A DNA stretch of 64,000 bases from an uncultured bacterium (lineage in GTDB: Bacteria > Abyssobacteria > SURF-5): contig CAZSKP010000005.1 of NCBI GenBank assembly GCA_964607485.1, forward strand, positions 28,643 through 92,642. The letters run 5' to 3'. This document shows, in pieces, positions 58,156-64,000 of the stretch (position 1 is the stretch's first letter; every line of letters begins with the position of its first letter). Both the position numbers and the translations under genes were made by a program. The notes under the pieces were generated by a model, which had not been told where the DNA came from, did no database searches, and saw only the letters and a program-made list of their open reading frames with translations.

Positions 58156-58573
58156 TTTCAGGGTTCCTTGCTATTGCGGCCACTCGCTGGACGAGCTCCT
58201 CTATGAGGTGAGGAATCGGCTCGTCCTTCAAGCCGACAACCTCGATGCCGGCCGACTTGAGCGGCATCACAATCTTATGGGCCCGGCTCTGAACGATTGC
58301 TTCAACCATGCCGGGGGTTATCTCGCCGAGCATCGAATGCGGCTGAAGAATCGCAAGCCCGCCCGTGATGATGTCCAGCCGGGGCGATGTTTGGCTGATG
58401 GCGTTCTCGCCCGAGGCGCCCTTGTTCGCGCCCGCCTTCATCATGTTGGCCGTGGCGATGGCGTTCGTCCCGAGCGCCACTATCTCCGTCTCCTCGGGCA
58501 GGGCCTTGCGCAGCCGCTCGACCACATGCGCTCCGATTCCGCCGCCCTGTCCGTCCACCACGCCAACTATCAC
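58148..58573 (-). CDS. DUF3842-family protein
   Basis: VVDGQGGGIG; ALGTNAIATANMMKAGA.KGASGENAI; SMLGEITP. Confidence 0.85.
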   Translation of the reverse strand: MIVGVVDGQGGGIGAHVVERLRKALPEETEIVALGTNAIATANMMKAGANKGASGENAISQTSPRLDIITGGLAILQPHSMLGEITPGMVEAIVQSRAHKIVMPLKSAGIEVVGLKDEPIPHLIEELVQRVAAIARNPENV

Positions 58574-58606
58574 GGTCGCACCCGATTCGAATTGTCTTAC
58601 GGAACA

Positions 58607-58635
58607 AGGATAACAGAATGGCGCGTGTTAGTCAA
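58607..58635 (-). promoter_or_regulatory. sigma70 promoter for the DUF3842-cooT-metal uptake operon
   Basis: On minus strand TTGACT-N17-TATCCT with extended -10 TG. Confidence 0.65.
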
Positions 58636-58912
58636 GAAGGCGATCGGGAGAATGAAAGTCGCGGGAATCGTGATAAGTTATGCTCGACCATATGGCCGTG
58701 CCGAGTCGTTCCAATCTGAACGTGAAACCGTTCTGGAGATTTCGGCGGGGCGCATCAAGACCTCGGAGGATGGCACCCATGCTATAATGAAGTCAGGCCT
58801 GCTCAGGGGGGAAGTATGCTCCGGGTTGAAATGGACAGGCCATACCAACGAAACGGGGCGATACTCGGATTTCTTCCAGTCCGCCGCAATACAGTTTTCT
58901 GGAAGCCGTCAC

Positions 58913-60712
58913 ATGAGGAAGCGATTTTTCAAAGCGAACTCGCTGATTGCAGTTTGTTGGGTACTCTTTGCAATCAGCAGTTTCTATCTTGCCTGGTCAC
59001 TATGCAACCTTCAGGTAGATTGGGACAGGGGGCCCGACTCACTTCCGGCTTTCTATCGGCTGCAGTATAGCTTGATTGGAGTGTTGGCCTTTTTCTTCCT
59101 CTGGCATCTGATTGCTCTGATTTCGGCCATCCTTACGGGTCAAGAATTGAGAACTATTCTGACGAAATACTCTTTGTCGTGTGTGTCCTTTCTGGCCGTG
59201 GTTATCACAAACAATCAGGCACAGGGATATTTGGAGGGAGAATTCGCCCGGCTTTCGACGACCGATTTCCTCTTGCCAGGAACGATTCCGGAAGCAGCGC
59301 GCACAGATATGCTGTTTCTTGGGATGGTCGTCGTCCCATCGCTCTTATTGTTTCTGGCAATTCTCCTGGGGGTTCTGAGGAAGTCGAAGTTGAGGGCCGT
59401 TCACGGACTGTTTCGACTCAAGCCGATGTTGAATCTCATGCTGCTCATTCTCACGGCGGTCGGATGGAATCATTGGCGGTATGCGGTATTTGAGCGAGGC
59501 GAGGGGGAGCCGAATATCTTGTTTATCGTTTGTGATGCGATGCGCGCAGACCATCTGGGCTGCTATGGATATTCGAGAAACACGACCCCCTGCCTGGACC
59601 AATTAGCCAGAGAGGGAGTTGTATTCTCAAACTTCACTGCTGCTTCCAGCTGGAGCCTGCCGTCCTATACGGCGATGTATACATCACGATATTTTTCATA
59701 CTACGACGATTCCATTGCGAGACCTCGGTGCGCGGGAAGGGCGTTGACCATGACTCAGATTCTGACCAATCAGCACTACTACACGAAGGCCCTCCTTTCA
59801 AATGTCTTTGCTGCAAAATCTTATGGTAGCCCGAAGGTGGACCTGGATATTCATATGAGCATCGATTCTTCCGGAACATTCAGCCGGACTTTCACCGACC
59901 GCGCGCTGGAGCTAATCGAGACAATCAAGGACAAAAGGTTCTTTATTTACTTGCAATATATGGACCCGCACGAGCCGTACACGCCGCCAGCACCTTTTGA
60001 TCAGCTCTTCGTGGACCCGGCAAATAGACTGCTGACCGAGGAAGACAGGAGAAGGAGAAGCTTCGCCTTATATGACGAAGAAATCGCCTATGTCGATTCT
60101 CAAATATCGCGACTCCTTCAACAACTCAAGACTCTAGGCATCTACAATGACACGTTCGTAGTCGTGACTGCCGACCACGGGCAAGGGTATAGGTTTCACG
60201 GATATTCTCTCGATGAGGAACTGCTAAGGGTTCCCTTGATCATTCGCGGACCAGGAATCCCCGAGAACAAGAGGGTTGATTCCGTGGCGAGCCATGTTGA
60301 TCTGTTACCCACATTCATGGAATGGACGATGGGCGAACCGGATGCTCGTTGTCAGGGCAAGAGTTTAGTACCAATCATACACGGGACAGATGCTGAAGAT
60401 CACATTGTCTTCGCCGAACTGGATCTTCCTTTCCTTCCTCTACAACCCGGGTTACCACCTGAGCATCATCTCGTCAGCGTAAGGAAGGGGTGTTGGAAAC
60501 TTGTCACCGGAGACCCGAGAGGAGAGCTGCTGTTCGACCTGGAAAAGGACCCGGCGGAAAAAACCAATCTTGCGGAAGCGAAACGGCAAATTGTGGCCGA
60601 CTTGAGCGCCAAAATCGATGAGTTCGAGAATGGCATGCCAGAGAAGCAGGCCCTGTTCTCATACTCTCAGAAGGAATTGGAGGCTTTGAAGGACCTGGGA
60701 TATATTCAATGA
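58913..60712 (+). CDS. Membrane-anchored sulfatase-like hydrolase/transferase
   Basis: Several N-terminal TMs; DAMRADHLGCYGY; SSWSLPSY; YMDPHEPY; YDEEI.YVD; TADHG; RVPLII; LKDLGY. Start moved from the track's 58208 to ATG 58913. Confidence 0.85.
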   Translation: MRKRFFKANSLIAVCWVLFAISSFYLAWSLCNLQVDWDRGPDSLPAFYRLQYSLIGVLAFFFLWHLIALISAILTGQELRTILTKYSLSCVSFLAVVITNNQAQGYLEGEFARLSTTDFLLPGTIPEAARTDMLFLGMVVVPSLLLFLAILLGVLRKSKLRAVHGLFRLKPMLNLMLLILTAVGWNHWRYAVFERGEGEPNILFIVCDAMRADHLGCYGYSRNTTPCLDQLAREGVVFSNFTAASSWSLPSYTAMYTSRYFSYYDDSIARPRCAGRALTMTQILTNQHYYTKALLSNVFAAKSYGSPKVDLDIHMSIDSSGTFSRTFTDRALELIETIKDKRFFIYLQYMDPHEPYTPPAPFDQLFVDPANRLLTEEDRRRRSFALYDEEIAYVDSQISRLLQQLKTLGIYNDTFVVVTADHGQGYRFHGYSLDEELLRVPLIIRGPGIPENKRVDSVASHVDLLPTFMEWTMGEPDARCQGKSLVPIIHGTDAEDHIVFAELDLPFLPLQPGLPPEHHLVSVRKGCWKLVTGDPRGELLFDLEKDPAEKTNLAEAKRQIVADLSAKIDEFENGMPEKQALFSYSQKELEALKDLGYIQ

Positions 60713-60760
60713 AACAACCCCGGAGGGGCAACCTCGAGGCAACTTGGAATTGAGACCGGT

Positions 60761-61726
60761 TCAATGCCGAAAATAGACCCGGTCGAGTTTCTCTTTTTCG
60801 CGGGCCTCTTCGTGAAGGCGGGCGGTCTCCGTCGCGCCCGATGCCTGGGCCGCGATGCCCGCCAGCAGGTTTGCGTCGCCGGAGGTGAACGGGGTGGGGT
60901 TGCCCTTGTGGTCAATCTTGTCGCAGAGCACGATGGTTCCGATCGCCTGCCCCTGCACGCGCAGCGCTGCGCCGAGCATCGAGGGGGTCTCGTAGCCGAC
61001 GGGCTCGATTGATTCAAAGCGGACGTCCTGCTCGAAGTTTTCGATCGCGACGGAGCCCTCGGCCCCAATTATCTCTTCAGCGATTCCGCCCTCGAGCGGC
61101 TCGGTCCAGCCCGAAGGGTCGGCGTCGTATCCGAACGCGGCCCGGCACTCCAGCGCGCCGGTTGCCGTATTCAGAAGGAACACCGCGCCCCGCGTGCACG
61201 ATGTCGCGTCGGACAGAACGGCCAGGAGATTGGAGAGTATCTCACCCGGCTCGGCACGTTCGCCGATGATGCGGCCCGCTTCGTACAGGGCGACGAGTTC
61301 GCGGTTCGTCTGACGGATGCGGGGTGCGACGGTGCGCATGATCTCGAGCATCAGCTTCGACGCGGCGGCGGCGTCGCTCGACAGGAACTTCATGAACGCC
61401 TCCTTGCTGATTTCGAGCGCGCGCACTTTGCCCACCGACGAAGCCGTCGCGGAGCGGAAATATTCGTCGAAAAGCGCCATCTCTCCGAAAAACCCGCCTG
61501 GGCCGAGCGTCGCTATCGATTTCTGCTCGCCCGAGTGGGTTGCCTTGGATATCCTCACCCTGCCCGACAGGATTATGAACAGCGAATCCTGCTCACTTCT
61601 TTCAGCGAAGATGGTGGAACCCGGCCCATATTCCTTCTGTTCCGCCACCGCCGCCAGCTCTTTGAGACCGGAATCGCTCAAATGCTTGAGTATGGAGACG
61701 TTCTTGAGTTCGCTTGTATCGAGCAT
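60761..61726 (-). CDS. cNMP-binding plus GAF protein without output domain
   Basis: LFIILSGRVRI; GFFGEMALF; RSATA; GAF (SMLGAAL, IGTIVLCDK, FTSGDANLL). Confidence 0.85.
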   Translation of the reverse strand: MLDTSELKNVSILKHLSDSGLKELAAVAEQKEYGPGSTIFAERSEQDSLFIILSGRVRISKATHSGEQKSIATLGPGGFFGEMALFDEYFRSATASSVGKVRALEISKEAFMKFLSSDAAAASKLMLEIMRTVAPRIRQTNRELVALYEAGRIIGERAEPGEILSNLLAVLSDATSCTRGAVFLLNTATGALECRAAFGYDADPSGWTEPLEGGIAEEIIGAEGSVAIENFEQDVRFESIEPVGYETPSMLGAALRVQGQAIGTIVLCDKIDHKGNPTPFTSGDANLLAGIAAQASGATETARLHEEAREKEKLDRVYFRH

Positions 61727-61739
61727 CGATGACCTCTTC

Positions 61740-62933
61740 TCACTTCCACCATGAGCCCTTGGAATCTTTTCCGTGCGGCGCGGGCCGGGGCTGTGGCCGC
61801 TGCTGTGGCCGCTGTTGTGCCCCGGGAGCGGGCGCGGGCGCGGATTTGGGCTTTTGCGGCGCAGGAGCTGCCGACGAAACACGTTCGATAATGGTCAAGA
61901 ATGTCTTGACATCGTTGACGGCGCTTATGGCAGCCTCGTAGGTGATTACGTCGCGCGAGAGCAGTCGGGCGACATCCATCTCGAGCGTGACCATTCCTTC
62001 CGATGCCCCGGTCTGGATTTGCCCGTATATCTGATGCGACTTTCCCTCGCGTATCATCGAGGAAATTCCCTGAGTGACGATCATGATCTCGCGCGCCGCC
62101 ACACGGCCTCCGGACTTGCGTGGCAGGAGCGTCTGGGAGATGACCGCCCGCAGCCCGCCCGCAAGCTGCATCTTTATCTGCTGCTGCTGGTATGAGGGAA
62201 ACACGTCTACGATGCGGTCAATCGTCTGCGCGGCCCCCATCGTGTGCAGCGTGCCGAACACGAGGTGGCCCGTCTCTGCGATGGTTATCGCTGAGGCGAT
62301 CGTCTCCAAGTCTCGCATCTCGCCCACGAGCACGACGTCGGGGTCTTGCCTGAGCACGTGCTTGAGCGCCTCGGCAAACGAGAGCGTGTGCGCGTTGAGC
62401 TCGCGCTGATTGATGAGCGACTTGTTGTGCTCGTACACGAATTCGATGGGGTCCTCGATCGTCATGATGTGGTCCTTGCGCGTCTTGTTTATCGCGTCGA
62501 TCATGGCGGCGAGCGTGGTCGATTTGCCGCTGCCCGTAGGACCGGTCACCAGGACGAGCCCGTTTTTCGCCTCCGTGAGCCTTTCCACGACCGGCGGAAG
62601 CTCGAGCTCGCGCAGGGTGGGAATCTTGTTCGGGATGGTGCGTATCGCCGCGCCCATTCCGCCATTCCGGAAGAACACGTTCACGCGGAAGCGCGAGACG
62701 TCGGGGATGGAGTACGAGCAGTCCAGCTCCAGCTTCTCGTCGAGTTCCTTGCGCTGTTCCTCCGTGATTATCTGCGATATGAGCGCCTCCGTGTCGGCGG
62801 CCGTGAGCGACTGGTAATCTTTTTGCGACTCAAGCTCGCCGTGAATGCGAAGTGTGGGCGGGCGTCCTATCGTGAGATGGAGGTCGGAGGCTTTGCGCGC
62901 GACTGTCTGACGAAGAATTTCAATCATGTCCAT
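61740..62933 (-). CDS. PilT/PilU-family type IV pilus ATPase
   Basis: SDLHL; RFRVNVF; GPTGSGKSTT; TIEDPIE; LRQDPDVVLVGEMRD; AETGHLVFGTLHT. Confidence 0.92.
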   Translation of the reverse strand: MDMIEILRQTVARKASDLHLTIGRPPTLRIHGELESQKDYQSLTAADTEALISQIITEEQRKELDEKLELDCSYSIPDVSRFRVNVFFRNGGMGAAIRTIPNKIPTLRELELPPVVERLTEAKNGLVLVTGPTGSGKSTTLAAMIDAINKTRKDHIMTIEDPIEFVYEHNKSLINQRELNAHTLSFAEALKHVLRQDPDVVLVGEMRDLETIASAITIAETGHLVFGTLHTMGAAQTIDRIVDVFPSYQQQQIKMQLAGGLRAVISQTLLPRKSGGRVAAREIMIVTQGISSMIREGKSHQIYGQIQTGASEGMVTLEMDVARLLSRDVITYEAAISAVNDVKTFLTIIERVSSAAPAPQKPKSAPAPAPGAQQRPQQRPQPRPAPHGKDSKGSWWK

Positions 62934-62994
62934 GGCGGGTCCCCTCTTCGGACGGACAGCATAAAATAAGAGTGCAGATGTATGGTTCGGGATT

Positions 62995-63023
62995 AGTCTA
63001 GCACGGCCCTATTACGCTGTCAA
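62995..63023 (-). promoter_or_regulatory. sigma70 promoter for the pilT-like gene
   Basis: On minus strand TTGACA-N17-TAGACT. Confidence 0.65.
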
Positions 63024-63045
63024 ATCACGGGCCATCCCGACGAAA

Positions 63046-63075
63046 TTGCCGCCCTGCGCCCGTGAATGCTATAAT
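63046..63075 (+). promoter_or_regulatory. sigma70 promoter for rarA
   Basis: TTGCCG-N18-TATAAT with extended -10 TG. Confidence 0.55.
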
Positions 63076-63113
63076 TTTGTGGAAGGATTCATGCCGAAGG
63101 ACGGTGAACCGGA

Positions 63114-64000
63114 TTGGAGCTTTTTGAAGAAGAGCAGAGGCGCCTGAAGGAAAAGAACGCGCCGCTCGCGTGGAGGATGGCGCCGCAGACGCTCGATGAA
63201 CTGGTCGGCCAGGAGCAGCTCATCGGAGAGGGCAAGCTGCTGAGGCGCGAGATCGAGTCGGACCGGCTCGCCACCGCAATCTTCTATGGCCCGCCCGGCA
63301 CGGGCAAGACGGCGCTCGCGCGCATTATCGCTAAGACCTCGAAGGCGTCGTTCCAGCGGCTGAACGCCGTCACCTCGGGCGTCGCCGACCTGAGACAACT
63401 CATCGACGGCGCTCGCCAGCGGATGGTCGCGTCCGGCCGCAAGACCATCGTGTTCGTCGATGAGATACACCGGTTCAACCGCGCGCAGCAGGATGCGCTC
63501 CTGCCCGACGTCGAAGAAGGCACGATAACGTTCATCGGCGCGACCACGCAGAACCCGTTCTTCGCCGTCACGGCGCCGCTCGTCTCGCGCTCGCAGATTT
63601 TCCAGTTTCAGCCGCTCCGGCCCGACGACATCGCCGCGCTGCTCGACCGCGCGCTCGCCGACGAAGAGCACGGACTGGGCAAAATGAAAATCCGCCTCGA
63701 CGCCGAGGCACGCAGCCATTGGGCGAACACGTCTGACGGCGACGCCCGCCGCGCGCTGAACGCGCTCGAGGTGGCCGCGATGACGACCCCGCCTGACGCG
63801 GACGGCGTCGTGCGCATCACGCTCGAGATTGCGCAGGAATCCATCCAGCGCAAGGCCATCGTGTACGACGGAACCGGCGACGACCATTACGACACCATTT
63901 CGGCGTTCATCAAGAGCATGCGCGGCTCCGACCCCGACGCCGCCATCTATTGGCTCGCTAAGATGCTCGAAGCGGGCGAAGACCCCCGCTTCATCGCGCG
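63114..64000 (+). CDS. rarA: Replication-associated recombination protein A (RarA/MgsA), 3' end outside window
   Basis: Manual translation from TTG 63114: MELFEE...APLAWRMAPQTLDELVGQ...YGPPGTGKTALA...FVDEIHRFNRAQQDALLP...GATTQNP...GDARRALNALE...HYDTISAFIKSMRGSDPDAA. Confidence 0.93.
   Translation, partial: MELFEEEQRRLKEKNAPLAWRMAPQTLDELVGQEQLIGEGKLLRREIESDRLATAIFYGPPGTGKTALARIIAKTSKASFQRLNAVTSGVADLRQLIDGARQRMVASGRKTIVFVDEIHRFNRAQQDALLPDVEEGTITFIGATTQNPFFAVTAPLVSRSQIFQFQPLRPDDIAALLDRALADEEHGLGKMKIRLDAEARSHWANTSDGDARRALNALEVAAMTTPPDADGVVRITLEIAQESIQRKAIVYDGTGDDHYDTISAFIKSMRGSDPDAAIYWLAKMLEAGEDPRFIA

Noticed and set aside
58208-58912. 235-codon N-terminal extension of the sulfatase ORF
   Set aside because: Overlaps DUF3842 and its promoter on the opposite strand; the TM region begins at ATG 58913
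50468-60712. FGE-sulfatase maturation pair
   Set aside because: The FGE-like protein lacks catalytic Cys, the sulfatase-like protein lacks C/SxPxR, and the genes are about 7 kb apart
1-64000. tRNA, rRNA, CRISPR, integrase or transposase
   Set aside because: None recognised by eye; tRNAscan-SE, Infernal and ISEScan would be needed to exclude them formally

Overview
A GC-rich (roughly 55-65% by eye) bacterial chromosomal window with about 48 protein-coding genes, two of them cut off by the window edges. No rRNA, tRNA, CRISPR array or transposase was recognised. The gene content (TolC/CusB, OprB-type porin, PilT, sigma54 activators, tungsten-type AOR, CCG Fe-S protein, CooT) fits an anaerobic diderm with Deltaproteobacteria-like genes; taxonomy cannot be fixed from sequence alone. 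In order: a Cus-like efflux pair; an FHA-GGDEF/sirtuin/K+ channel operon; a LonC-type protease; an OYE; a signalling block (two sigma54 activators, archaemetzincin, HDOD, hybrid kinase, PP2C) with a clear -24/-12 promoter; a TPP enzyme and hflX; an ECF sigma with a TPR anti-sigma; AOR; a spermidine-synthase-like membrane protein; an aminotransferase, TetR and tandem DUF2148 pair; a D-aminoacylase; a 7-PAS kinase with NarL-type regulator; carB; a nitroreductase/GH116/MBL/Fe-S run; a Ni/Co uptake operon; a sulfatase-like protein; a cNMP-GAF protein; pilT; rarA. The standout observation is at 57849-57952 (minus strand). Directly after a cooT-like nickel-binding gene lie three stem-loops with identical C-ACGAA-G loops, then a complementary CUUCGUG plus U8 terminator that is mutually exclusive with hairpin 2, all upstream of porin-nikK-nikM-nikL-nikQ. 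This looks like a possibly undescribed metal-responsive transcription attenuator. Second is an apparent non-canonical ATA start for hflX behind a perfect Shine-Dalgarno. All family assignments come from motif recognition, not database searches.
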